A stretch of 64,000 nt of DNA from Prorocentrum cordatum (lineage: Eukaryota). Location of the stretch: positions 1,302,001-1,366,000 of the forward strand of contig CAUYUJ010000003.1 of the NCBI GenBank assembly GCA_963575745.1. The letters are read 5' to 3'. Below are positions 52,640 to 64,000 of this stretch, piece after piece. The notes beneath the pieces were generated by a model. The model saw nothing but the letters and a program-made list of their open reading frames with translations, had not been told where the DNA came from and searched no databases. A program made the translations under genes and the position numbers. Each line of letters starts with the position of its first letter. Positions within the stretch are counted from its first letter, which is position 1.

Positions 52640-53640
52640 TGTTCATTGCTTGCCTCCAGCGCCCTGGCAGCGCGCGAGAAAGCACGAGAGCGCAATCGCG
52701 AGTCCAGCATCTTGCCCAGCATGCGCAACTGGCCCTCGCCGTCGGCCTCCTTGCCCAAGCGCACGCCCAAACGCTTCGCCTCTGCTGTGAAAAGATGGCG
52801 TTGGTACCGCGGGTACGCCTGCACCACTACCACTGCGCACTGTTTAGACGCGCGCTGAAAAGCAACGACATCCAAGCCGCGACCCTCCGCCATGTCACCG
52901 CCCGACTCCTCGCGATACGTCGTCTGGGCGCGCCCGACCCCGTCGTCGCAGTTGAACCGCAACCGCGCCAACCACACAGCAAGCAGCTGCACCCCCAAGC
53001 GCGCGCCAATGAACTCACTGAACACATGCATGTCAGTGTTGTTCATCGGATAGTTACATTCCCCCCGCGCGTGGTCTGACCACTGCGGGCCCTGCCAGAA
53101 AACAAAGAAAAGCAACCCAAATCTCAGGACACGGAACTGGAAGACAACACTGTGTTTCATGCCGCCGCCACTCTGAGCGCAAAGGGCACACTCGGCACGG
53201 AAATCCAGCTAAACACCGCGCCCAAAACAACTGAACCCTTTTTTTCCGTTTCGCCACGTCCTGGAGTAACTGCAACACGGCCGGGTCCACGCACACCTGC
53301 TCAAAGAAGGCCTCGGCGGCGGCTGCCCCGTGAATTTTCTCCACCGTGCTGACCGCTGCGGCGTTGGCATAAGCGGCCAGCTCCGAGACGCGCTCGCGGA
53401 TGTTCATCGGCCCTCTGCGAAGTCCGTCAAGCCTGTGTCCTGCACGCGGCGCCGCTGAAAAAAAGAAGAAGCTGTAGCAAAAAATGAGGTGGAACAAAGC
53501 AGGGGGGTGAAAAAAACAAACCTGGGCATGCTCTGTGACATTTTCACTCCGTCCTGGAAGCTCATGCCCTCCATGAGCGCGACAGCATGGATTCCCATCG
53601 GCGTCCACGCAACGTGTTTGGTGTTTACTGTCTGGGCCAT
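52640..53640 (-). pseudogene. Spliced gene of unknown function, partly degenerate
   Basis: Phase-0 GT-AG intron 53236-53092 joins ...LQDVAKRKKR to GPQWSDHARGECNYP... A further T-rich GT..AG intron at ~53521-53440 does not restore the frame cleanly. Confidence 0.5.
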
Positions 53641-53719
53641 CCCCGCCCCGATGGGGACAGCACCTCACTCGATTAAGCACCAGTTGGGCCAAACTCCTGA
53701 GGTAAGGCTTGGGAGGGCG

Positions 53720-54670
53720 ATGAGGGTGAAGATGATGATGATGATGATGCTGATGATGATGATGATGCTGATGATGAGGAGGGGGGAGAGGATGAACTGG
53801 ACGAATGCGAAGATGATACGGAGGAGGAGGAGGAAAAAGGGGAGGAGGAGGAGGAGGAGGAGGAGGAGGAGGGAGAGAACGAGAAGGAAGAAGATGATGA
53901 GAAATGAAAACATGAGGAGGAGGGTGAGCAGAAGTAAACGAAGAAAGAGGCGTGCAGAAATGCAAGGGGGAGGAGAGACAGAGGAGGAGGGAGAAGGAGA
54001 GAAAACGAAGGGGGGGGAACGAGGGGGAGGAGGAGGAGGAGAAGGGGGAGGAGGAGGAGGAGGAGAAGGGAGAGAACGAGAAGGAAGAAGATGATGAGAA
54101 ATGAAAACATGAGGAGGAGGGTGAGCAGAAGTAAACGAAGGAGGAGGCGTGCAGAAATGCAAGGGGGAGGAGAGACGGAGGAGGAGGGAGAATGAGAGAA
54201 AACGAAGGGGGGGAACGAGGGGGAGGAGGAGGAGGAGGAGGAGGAGGAGGAGGAGGAGGCAGCTGAGGAAGAGGAGGAGGAAGAGAAGGGGGAGGCAGCT
54301 GAGGAAAAGGAGGAGGCAGAGGAGGAGGAGGCAGAGGAGGAGGAGGAGGAACATGAAGAGGAGGAGGAGGAGAAAGAGGAGGAGGACGACGAGGAGGAGG
54401 AGGAGGACGAGGAGGAGGAGGAGGAGGAAGAGGAGAGAGAGAGAGAGAGAGACGGAAATAATGTGGGGCAGAGGAGGGGAGACAAGAGGAGAGCCGAAGG
54501 TGGAAAAAATCCGCACTGATCGTGCCCACGGGTCGGCCTCGACCGAAAACGTTGGCCGATCTTCCACGAGGAAGAGGAGGAGGGAGGAGTAGCAGCGAGG
54601 GGAGGGGGATGGAGGAGGAGGAGGCGGAGGAGGAGGAGGAGGAAGAGTAAGAGGAGGAGAAGGAAGACGA
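53720..54670. repeat. (GAT)n/(GAG)n purine-rich tract containing a ~197-bp tandem duplication
   Basis: gggagagaacgagaaggaagaagatgatgagaaatgaaaacatg occurs at 53871 and 54068. Confidence 0.9.
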
Positions 54671-54677
54671 GGGGTCG

Positions 54678-55022
54678 GTCAGCCGATCAGCCGATAAATT
54701 ATCGACCAGCCGATCAGCCGAACAGCCGAAAAGCGGTCCTGCAGCCGATCAGCCGATCAGCGGTCGACCAGCCGATAAGCCGATCAGCCGATAAGCGGTC
54801 GACCAGCCGATAAGCCGATCAGCCGATAAGCGGTCGACCAGCCGATAAGCCGATCAGCCGATCAGCCGATAAGCGATCGACCAGCCGATCAGCCGATCAG
54901 CCGATAAGCGATCGACCAGCCGATCAGCCGATCAGCCGATTAGCCGATCACTCTTATCGGCTGATCGGCTGATCGGCTGATCGGCTGGTCTGCGTCTGAT
55001 CGGCTGATCGGCTGATCGGCCA
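54678..55022. repeat. Second fold-back (AGCCGATC)n / (GATCGGCT)n array
   Basis: Arm orientation switches at ~54950. Adjoins a (GAG)n tract. Confidence 0.9.
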
Positions 55023-56899
55023 GATCGAATAGCCCCCCCGGGCTGCAGCCACAATGAACATTAACCCCTCCGACTACCCCCTCCCCAGGGGTCTGGGCAG
55101 GAAATCGCGACCAGTCAGAGCGTCCGCAATGGCCCGAGATGGACCAAATACTGCTCCAGGAAACTCGCCATGACCTCCACACCGCCCTGAGACCCAATCC
55201 CCCCTTCAAAAAATCAACTTGCTCGACGGCGTCTCCCTTCTCGCTCTGTCACTTCCGGTAGGCCTCGGAGGCCTCCAGAAGGCCTTAAGATGACCAACCG
55301 AGCCCAAAGAGTGGCCCAGAATTGCCCCAAAACGGCCCCCTGGGTCCCCACGAATACCTAAAGAAAGCTCAAAGAGGAGCCTGGGAGGCGAGTATGTCCA
55401 GCTCCGAAGGGGCAAACAGCCTACCACAAGAGACTCTTGAAAGAGACTCCGACAAATCTCTGAATTGGCAATGTGGGGGGCTGCCCGCGCTGACACCAGC
55501 TTGGGTTTGACGCGTGTCTGCCCTCACTCTCCCACTATATGCTCGGGCTGCTCGAGCTGACCCCAGCTTCGGATCGACGGGTGTCCGCCCTCACTCGCCC
55601 TCTAGACGCTCCTCCACTTCTTTGCTGACAGCAACTCGCATAGGAATAGGTTCTGGACAGGCTGGTGCGGATGCTGGACAAGTCGAGAACTGCAAATTGC
55701 ACGAGCCATGCGCTCACATGGTTCCAAAACATTCTACTCTAGAGGCGAACTCCCGACCACCTTAAAATGCTTGGCATCTGGGCAACACACCTTCACCACT
55801 AAATATCACGCCATGGTCGCCGCGAGAGGAGAACTATGACGAAAACGACAAGCATGACGATGACATCGATGCTTTTATTGTTTGCCAAAATGCGGCCAAG
55901 GACTTGAGCAGCACAGCAGCTCGCATCGTCCTGAAAAATAGCGAGTGCATCGTCATGCACGATATCCGCCACCGTGCCCACGGGCACGTAGAGACATGGC
56001 ACACTGCCATGGCTTATTTGCAGACTTCTTGTAGCTCTCCAGTGTCCCCCTCCTCCTCCTCCTACCAGCACAGTCGCTGCAAGGCTCCTTGAGCGCACAG
56101 ACGCCTTCTGGCGCTCTCCAAAGACTCTCAGATGGACAACATGTCTTCCAAAACGGCTCAGCAAGAGCACGGGATGTCCTTGGACTGGCTTTGGGGCTGT
56201 TTTTGTTTGCGCTGCCTCGGGAGGGTCTTTAGCCCCAGTTGCGCCGTCCAGGCTTGCAAGAGCGTATCCATGACACACAAATCGGCGCTTGCGGGTTCGT
56301 CGGGAAGTCGCTGAACAGCATTGGAGCATTGACTGGCTTTCAGATGAAATGTCGGGGCAGTTGTTTGCTGAACTTGGGATGCCGTGGCGTGTTCTTGGAC
56401 TGGCGTTGGGCTGTTTGAGAAAGTGGGATCCGCAGAAATCGTGTAAACCCCTGGACCTTCCCTTGACAAGCTCTAGCACCCCTAGCCCTTGATAAGCTCA
56501 CAGATGCACGCGTACAAGTACGCACACACATGGCACGCACATGAACTGAAGAAGTAACACAATCGCGAGCCGAGCAGAGACGTACTTCTGATCAGGATAC
56601 ATACTGACGCACTAAATGAAGAACCATGCAAATCAATGCACATATTGAACAAATGCACTGCGTCGGAACGGCAGCGCGATTTAACGCACAATCGTGGAAA
56701 TGGTGCGCAATAGCCGTGCAACGCATTGCAACTCAATGCAAACCATTGCAAGGAGACGTGGAACTCAAATGACATGCAAAGCAACGTCTTGCACATCCAA
56801 GATATGGAGCGGTTGGGAGGTCGGTAGGTGCGATCGTTCAACCGTCGTCTGCCAATATCAGGGTCTTCTCTAGCCGCTCACACCCATGTGTCCTCGCCG

Positions 56900-57075
56900 T
56901 TGGGTGAGCCTTCATGGGAGCCTCTGCGGACCGCCGCGGCCCTTTCATCAACGTGATTTCGACGGGACGTCGTCTAGGTTTCGACCACCCCTCTTCACCC
57001 TTTCGTCCAGATGTCGTCCAAATGTCGCCCAGATTTCGTCGAGACGTCGCCCAAATCCGACGAAATGCAAGCGAA
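56900..57075 (+). repeat. Dispersed ~170-bp repeat, second copy at ~62196-62365
   Basis: ccttcatg.gagcct...cgtgatttcgac.gga...ctttcgtccagatgtcg.ccaaatgtcg is present in both. Confidence 0.85.
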
Positions 57076-57559
57076 ATCTCCCAAACCGCTGGGAATTTGG
57101 GGGACCCCCCGAGGCCCCCGTGAAGGGCGACGCTGCTGGGCGCGCAGCTCCTCGAGAGCGGGTCTCCCGAAACGCCCACCTGCGGCATGCAGGCCTGCCA
57201 CACGGAGCAGGCGAGCAAGCCTCCGCGCGCTCGCGCGCGGCAACGGCGGGCATGGGAGGGACAATGCACCGGGAGGCATTCCTCCCTCCTCCCTTCCTCC
57301 TTCCCCCCGCCTCTCTCCTCCCTCTTCCCTCCTCCCTCCTCCCTCCGCCTCCCTCCTCCCTCATCCTACCTACATACTACCTCAATGGGAGCACACCTAC
57401 CTACCTATCCTCCCTCTCCCTCCCCCTCCCTCAGGGGGAGCACACCTACCAACCTACCTACCTACCTACCTACCCACCTTCCCCTCCTCCTCCTCCTCCT
57501 CCTCCTCCTCTCCTCCTCCTCCTCCTCCTCCTCCTCCTCCTCCTCCCTCCCCCCGCCAC

Positions 57560-60500
57560 ACTTTCACCTGAGAAAGCTGTGCTTCTTTCGTCCTCCAAAT
57601 GTGTCGGCCTCCGCATTCAGGAGCTCATGGGAGTTCGACTCACAGGCCCTATTGTGGCTTCCACCCCAAACCTCGGGATCAACGATACTATCGGGACATC
57701 TCTTAGAGTCCAGGGCCGTAATGAGCGCTAAGCAGCGGGTTCATGTGGGGACTGCTGGGCCCGTAGAGTTGCCAACTTGGCCAGAACCCTTGGAAGGCGG
57801 TGTCGCATGCTGTGGGTGGCGGGCACATTGAGCGTCTTCAACTATGGTTGTGAGTGCTGTGGAGTCTTTCCCCAAAAGCTGTTTGGCCTTCGGGGATCTG
57901 TCGCCAAGGCTCTCAAACCTTCGGCTGTTCAGATCTCTAAGAGTCCGACTTCTCTTTGAGAACGATCAGACTTGGATCACGCGAGTTGTTTGTCTTTGGA
58001 TGGCATAGTGAGATCTGGGCGGCGGACGCTCGGACGCACGACGCTGCGCTGTCCCATGATAAGCATCGGACGGTTTGTGAGGCTGTCGAAGCCGAAGGAG
58101 TTCCACCGCGGAGAAGAATTGCGGGACCGATACCCGCCATATGACTGACACTTTCCAGACTGGGATGGGGGATGTCATCTTTTTGCACCCTGCTGGACGA
58201 CCTCGGTAACATTCATGAATGTTTATGTACTTCCCCCGCCCACTTCAGGACTCATCTCCGGCTTTCCGTGTTCAGGACTTTGGAAAGGGAGTTCTGGTGG
58301 AAACAACATTACAAGCATTGGATGTCGTTCGGGGTCGTCAGCGCTTGCCTGGCGTCCAAGAAGTTCACGCCTTTGGAGAAGGGCTCTCTCAGAGCAGGGG
58401 AAGGGCTTTGGACCAGAATGAGAGGATCGGAGGTGAGGGGGTGAGATCGCAGTGGAGCGGAGAGCCCCCCACTGGGAAATCGGTTTCGGTTTCGTGTTCG
58501 TGTCGCGCGTGCGGGCGAGGCGAAGCTGCGTGGGCGTACGAAAGGAGTGATGTCGCCGTGGGTCGGGGCTGTGGAGCGAGTTGTCCGCCACACCCCCCCC
58601 CCACGGCGCGGGCGCGCGGTGGCCGGGGGGGGTCCCGTCGGTGGCACGTCGGGGTCCCGTCGGTGTCCCATCGGTGGCGCGGCGGTGTCCCATCAATTGC
58701 GCGGTGTGTCCCGTCGGTGGCGCGGGGTGATCCGTCGGTGGCACGGCGGTGAGATCGATAGTGGGATCGATAGTGAGATCGATTGTGAGATCTATTGTAA
58801 AATCGGTAGTGAGATCTCTTGTGAAACTGATGGTGAGATCGCTCGTGAGATCTATGATGGGACCGACAGTGAGATCGATTGTGAGATCGATTATGGGATC
58901 CATTGAGGGACCGATATGGAGGTCGATGGTGAGATCGATTGAGAGATCGATAGTGCGACCGACAGTGAGAACTGTTGTGAGATCGATAGTGAGTCCGAAT
59001 GTGAGACCGATCGTGAGTTCAACTGTCAAATCAATGGTGGGATCGATAGTGAGATCAGAAGTAAGGTCTGTTGTGAAATCTATGGTGAGATCGCCTGTGA
59101 TGTCGACAATTCAATCGATTGCCAAATCGAGAATCAGGTTGATTGTGGGAACGGTAGTGACATCGGTTATGAGATCGATCATGGAATCGATCGTGAGATC
59201 GATAGTGAGAGGATCTGTTGTGAGATCGATAGTGGGGTCATGTGTGAGATCGATAGTGAGATCTGTTGTGAAGTCGGTCGTGAGATCGCTTGTGCGATCG
59301 ATGGTGGAAACGGCAGTGAGATCGATACCGCGAACGATTGAGAGGTCTATTGTGAGATCGATTGTGATACCGACCGTGAGAACTGTTGTGAGATCGATTA
59401 TGAAGTCGATCGTGAGATCGATAATCGAAACTGTTGTGATATTGACCGTGCATCTGAATGCGAGATCGGTTGTGAATTCGATTGCCAGATATATAGAAAA
59501 TCGATTCGGAACTCGATAATGGCATCTGTTGTGAGATTAACCGTGAGATCGTTTGTGATATTGATAGGGAGTGAGTTCGATTGTCGAATCGACAGTGGTA
59601 TCGATTGTAATATCGATAGTTAGATCTGTTGTGGGATCGATAGTTAGATCTGTTGTGAGATCGATAGAGAGATCTGCTGTGAAATCGAGAGTTAGACCGA
59701 TGTGAGATCGATTGAATGAGACGTTGGCTCACCCGCCTCCCCCCCGAACCTCCATATCACCCGATGGGTAATCGAATACGATATGGGTTGTCAATTTCCC
59801 AGCGAACGCGAGCAATTCGGAAGCCCCTCGGACTATGTCTTCCACCGTGTATGACAGTGCCCTGCTGGCGGCAAGGAGCGTAGGGACTTGATACCCGCTG
59901 AGCTCGTTGAAGGTGTCAACGAGTTTGCTTCGCAAGGTAGTCACAAGCTGTTAATACTAACCTGGCATTCCTCACCAAGGAGATCGCATCCCTCCCGTCG
60001 CGTATGGACGAATGATCATGGGACTGTCACTGATATGTTGACACCCCCCACAAAAGACAAACTTCAAGGGAAAATCTCTGTAGACGATTCGTGCACTACG
60101 TTGCTTGTTCCTGAGATGAATACAGCCTCCTGGAGTGTTGTTTCGTATGTTCAAGGAGCACCAGCATGCCGCATCATCGGGTCCGTCTGGGAACATTTCC
60201 CACAAACCCCTCAAGCTGGTGAGTTGTGTGAGCACCTCGCTGCCATCCAGTGTATAACGGGCTCCAATACCATCTGCACTGACTGCAAGAACGAGATGGA
60301 CTCTCATGCTCTGCCAATTTTCAACCAATATTCTGAAAAACGCAAGTACGCCGGGCACCTGACGCATGCTATTGCGCACCCCCCTCGTATAAGTGTGCAG
60401 AGTGTCACGCACATGCGAACTCAACAGAGTCTAGACGAAGCTAATATCACAGAGAAACTCAGATGTGTTCGCGAAGGGAACAATGCGACTGGTCAGGCTG

Positions 60501-61030
60501 CCAAGTCTGCAAGAGCGCACCATCCTGTTCCCGATCGGTCTGTCTTGGAAGAAGTCGTTATTGAGCTCAAGTATGCTCATGTTTATGTCTTCTGGGTATG
60601 AAACTTCTGCCTCATTGAAGTCCCTGAGAGAAATCAAGACGACGGAATATTCCCCCCTTCCCCCCGAAAGCCGGGGCAAGAAAAGCCGGTGCGACCACCT
60701 CACGGAAGGGCTGCTTTCGAGTCCTTTTGGCGCTGCTCTGTGTGCTGGAGGGTTCGCAGAAAGAGATGGCCTCGAAAGCCACCCCAGTCTTCCAGTCGTG
60801 GCCAGTCTCATTCCTCGATTCGAAGATTCGCTGACAAAAGACACAGCTGCATGATCCTCCCGTGCAGTAATAGTCCGTCCTTTGTCATCTGTGATTCGTG
60901 CAAACCGTACAGCTCACATGGGTGGACTGTGGCTTTGGAGGACCTGTGCTCCCCTCCTCCTTTAACTTTCGAAAGTCGACCCGAAGCATGATTTGTAGAG
61001 GCAGACACCCCGAGCGACCTGATGTCACAG
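57560..61030 (+). mobile_element. 5'-truncated RT-RNase H LINE of the same family as 39610-41990, interrupted by a ~1.3-kb insertion
   Basis: EKAVLLSS, NLGIND, NYGCECCG, SKKFTPLEKGSLRA..LWT | SDYVFHRV*QC, SVDDSC, FPQTPQAGE, TDCKN, GNNATGQAAK, WRCSVC, RHSC..CDSC. Confidence 0.9.
58600..59720. repeat. Minisatellite insertion: CCCGTCGGTGGC-type repeats then a 12-bp (GTGAGATCGATA)n array
   Basis: Directly visible. Splits the LINE ORF between ~58425 and ~59770. Confidence 0.9.
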
Positions 61031-62479
61031 CTAGCTGTCCTTTCGAAGACACTGAGCTCGAGCCTGACCTAACCAGGCCCCGAGTGTGTTCTCTGGACCT
61101 TCCCTCATTTGGGGGATGAAGCCAGAATAGATGACGCGGCAGCCAATTTGAGTCAGAATGTTCATCTCAGAGCCGTGGCGGAGTGGCTCAGAGAAGGGGA
61201 TCATGACGCCCCAATTGTGCCAACTGGAAAGGCCATGTGGGTCCGAGTCGGGTTCGGAATAACTTTCACTAACATTGAAGGTCCCTAAGGCTGGCCTTTG
61301 CTCAAGCATAAGCCGCTGCTGCAACGCCTGTCGCTCCCGCCTCGTCGCGACATCCGCGTGCCTGGCTGCCGCCTAGTCCCTCAGGGTTTGAGTTAGGGTG
61401 TGTTGTAGCTTCGCTCCTAATATTTCGAGGCTTGCTTTCGTGCTGTCGGAGTGGGCGATGCCAAGCAATGTTGCGCTGTGGGGAATGGCTTGCTGGAGTG
61501 AGTTACCGCAGCCTGGGCCTCTCGACACTGAGCGTCCTACAAACACGTTGCGCCTGAGCCTGCAATGCCTCTCCTCAGTCGCCCCCTGGGGAAAGAGGGG
61601 CCGACCTGGCCAAACGTGCCCAGCCCTCGAAACATTCGGCAGAGCACGCCACGCCTGCTGCAATCAAACGTTCAGCGGTTGAAAGGAAATTACACATCCT
61701 CCCCCCTCCTCCTCCTCATCCCTCCCCTCCTCCTCATCCCTCCCCGCCCCCATCCCTCCATCCCCACCCCCATCCTCCCCCCTCTTCCTCATCCCTCCCC
61801 TCCCTCACCTCCTTCCTCCATGCCCCCCGCGCGCGCCAAGCGGAGAAAGGGGGAAGGGGGAGGCGGGCGGTGCACCGCGGCATGGGCACCAGAGCCGATG
61901 GGCCGCCCACCTCAAACAAGGGCGCCTAACTTCGCGCTTCGCGCTGCGCGAAAAACTTCGCGCTCTCGGAGGAATCAGAGCCGAAGCGCGAAGCGCGAAG
62001 CTCGAATCAGGTCGCGCCCTCGAGCGCCCTTGTCCAACGGCATCAACTCAAACTGTCGACGGTCCGCGCGGATTTCCTGGATCGGCGCTGGACCCCCTGG
62101 CGCGCGGAGGCCCAGCGCAAATCCAAGAAATCCGCAAAGACCGTCGAAAGTTTATGCTTATGCCACTTCTCCTCCTTCGACTCCATTCCTCTCGTGGGTT
62201 AACCTTCATGAGAGCCTTTGGACCTCCACGGCCCTATCCTAAGCGTGATTTCGACCGGATTTCGTCCAGATTTCGGCCACCCCTCTTTTATCCTTTCGTC
62301 CAGATGTCGCCCAAATGTCGTCCAAATTTGGTGAACATGTCAACCAAATCCGACGAAGTCCAAACGGAATCACTAAAAAATCATTAATGTTGAGGCCCTC
62401 TGAGGCTGCCATGTGACAGTTTTCCTTCCTCTGAGGCTCTGGGTACACGGGGGAGAGGGGGGTCGGGCGGGAGGTCACG

Positions 62480-62875
62480 GTAACGGCGGACGCAGCGTGC
62501 ACCTGCCAGGGTGCGTCCGCGCCACCAGCGCATGAATCACCTGTGCTGTGTGCCCCCAGTATATAGAGGGAAGTCTAGGCCCACCTCCTAAAACTTACGA
62601 TCGTTAAGGGTCATTGGGCGGGGTGTGGAGTGGTCCGGGTGACGAGCGTTATCCTGGGGAAGAGAAAAGAAACGTTCACCCCGAAAGACCACACAACCAT
62701 CGGGGATCTACTGACCCGGGTCAATCCAGGCCCAGGCTAGTCAGGCATTGCAGGATCCTGCAGGATCCTGCAACCAGACCCGGGTCAATGCCACCCTGGC
62801 GCTGCAGGACCCTGCGAGATCTGGCGCTCTGACTGACCCCCCTTTTGCATCGACCCCCGTCTCTTGAACCCCGCA
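62480..62875 (+). repeat. Dispersed repeat related to 27295-27400 and 28215-28390 (GGATCCTGCA-rich)
   Basis: Shared gccagggtgcgtccgcgccaccagc and tctgactgaccc...gcat.gacccccgtctcttga.cccc. Confidence 0.82.
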
Positions 62876-63099
62876 ACCACTCCCCCGTCTCCACCGGCCA
62901 CGCGCCTGTGGGGTGGCTCCCCCGAGGGCCCTCCCGAGCGGTGAATCCGTCGGCTCCCCCCCACGGCACGGGGCGCTGGCCGCGCCCCGCGCCCGCCGCT
63001 GGCCGAGAGGGCGCGGGGGTCAAGGCGAGGGCGTGGGAAGGGTCTGGGTCGGGTGCTGCTGGAGACAGTTTTGCATGTTTCGGTGACGCAATCGCAACG

Positions 63100-63740
63100 C
63101 TGTCAGAAGGAACCCTGACTACGGAACGAGGCCCCTTTCTTCCATCAATGGAATTTCGGTCTCCCACGGAAAACCTAAGGAAACCTGAGGCACACTGTGG
63201 ACAATTAAGGAACACTGAGCCCCTCCCAACGAAAAGGGTTCCTTCTTCAGCGGCCCGACTGTAGCCCAGGGTATCCGAAGGGGGACATTGGGGGGACGGC
63301 CGATAACCTAGCTTTTTCGCCTTGGGCAGCCCCACGTTTGCCCGTGCGCCACAGCGCTGCGTACCGTCCTTCGGGCCTGCGCAACCGACAAGGTCATCCA
63401 AGGGGACGATGGGGGAGTGCGGGTCCGATAACCCAGGTGGTCGCCGCCTGGTCCCATAACAATGCAGTCTCCTAGAAGTGCCCCTGACCCAGGGAGCCCC
63501 CAGGATTTCCAAGGAGGCCCCCACGGCCTCCAGAGCACCCCTCACGAGGCCCAGGGGGCCCAGGGGCTTCAAAGTGGAGCGAAAAGCTGGGGGCAACTTG
63601 AGCCAGGGGCACCTTTAACAACCCCCGAGGGGGCAAACGGCGGCACATTCTGTCCACAGAACATCATCGTCAGGCAAACCATCGCCAGGCAGACGATCAG
63701 GCGGAGCCGACAGGTCAGCACTGTCAGTCTTAGGAGGCAT
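63100..63740 (-). pseudogene. Fragments of a possible retroelement 5' region (MPPK.. start; DUF4326-like FVGRGS motif)
   Basis: ATG at 63740 gives MPPKTDSADLSAPPDRLPG. GTLFVGRGS lies at ~63220-63245. The fragments are separated by repeat DNA. Confidence 0.28.
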
Positions 63741-64000
63741 CTTCTGATAGGTCTTTCGTCAGAGCGACTAAGGGCCATTGAAGCTAGATCGAGCTACTGT
63801 GCTCCCAAAGTTGTTATACAAACTGGAATATATCTGGTTACTTCAAGCGGATCGTAATCGATTGGATACTTTCTAAGCTCTAAGCAGCATGCTTGAGGAA
63901 CATATTGAAAGTGCCACATGCGTATCACTCCAGGGTGTCAAACGAGGAGTTGCGAGGAAGAGCGAAAACTAAACCATCGGCCGCAAACTTACTTCGCAAA

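Noticed and set aside
58749..59519. 256-aa (VRSI)n ORF
   Set aside because: Translation of a 12-bp minisatellite.
61285..61306. Possible second SL relic (tttgctcaag) before a decayed Cys-rich stretch
   Set aside because: Only about 9/22 ungapped identity.

Overview
GC-rich eukaryotic DNA packed with microsatellites, minisatellites and decayed mobile elements. A relict dinoflagellate spliced leader, GC/GA intron donors and the repeat style point to a dinoflagellate, probably Prorocentrum-like (inference). The only clear host gene is the first exon of a HAD-IIA phosphatase at the left edge. Recognisable elements: a frameshifted Zn-finger/coiled-coil/SGNH-like ORF (3.3-7.9 kb), a PIF1/Helitron helicase C-terminus, an RTE-type LINE end, MULE-like and hAT-like transposase relics, a Helentron-type non-autonomous element, three RNase H-bearing LINE pieces (one downstream of an SL-headed ORF1), and a spliced gene of unknown function. 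The most unusual locus is 46.3-51.7 kb: an ASCH-domain ORF upstream of a DUF6729-like DDE transposase that joins in frame across predicted GC-AG and GA-AG introns, bracketed by ~200-bp direct repeats. All family assignments come from motif recognition by eye, not database searches. Many boundaries are approximate.
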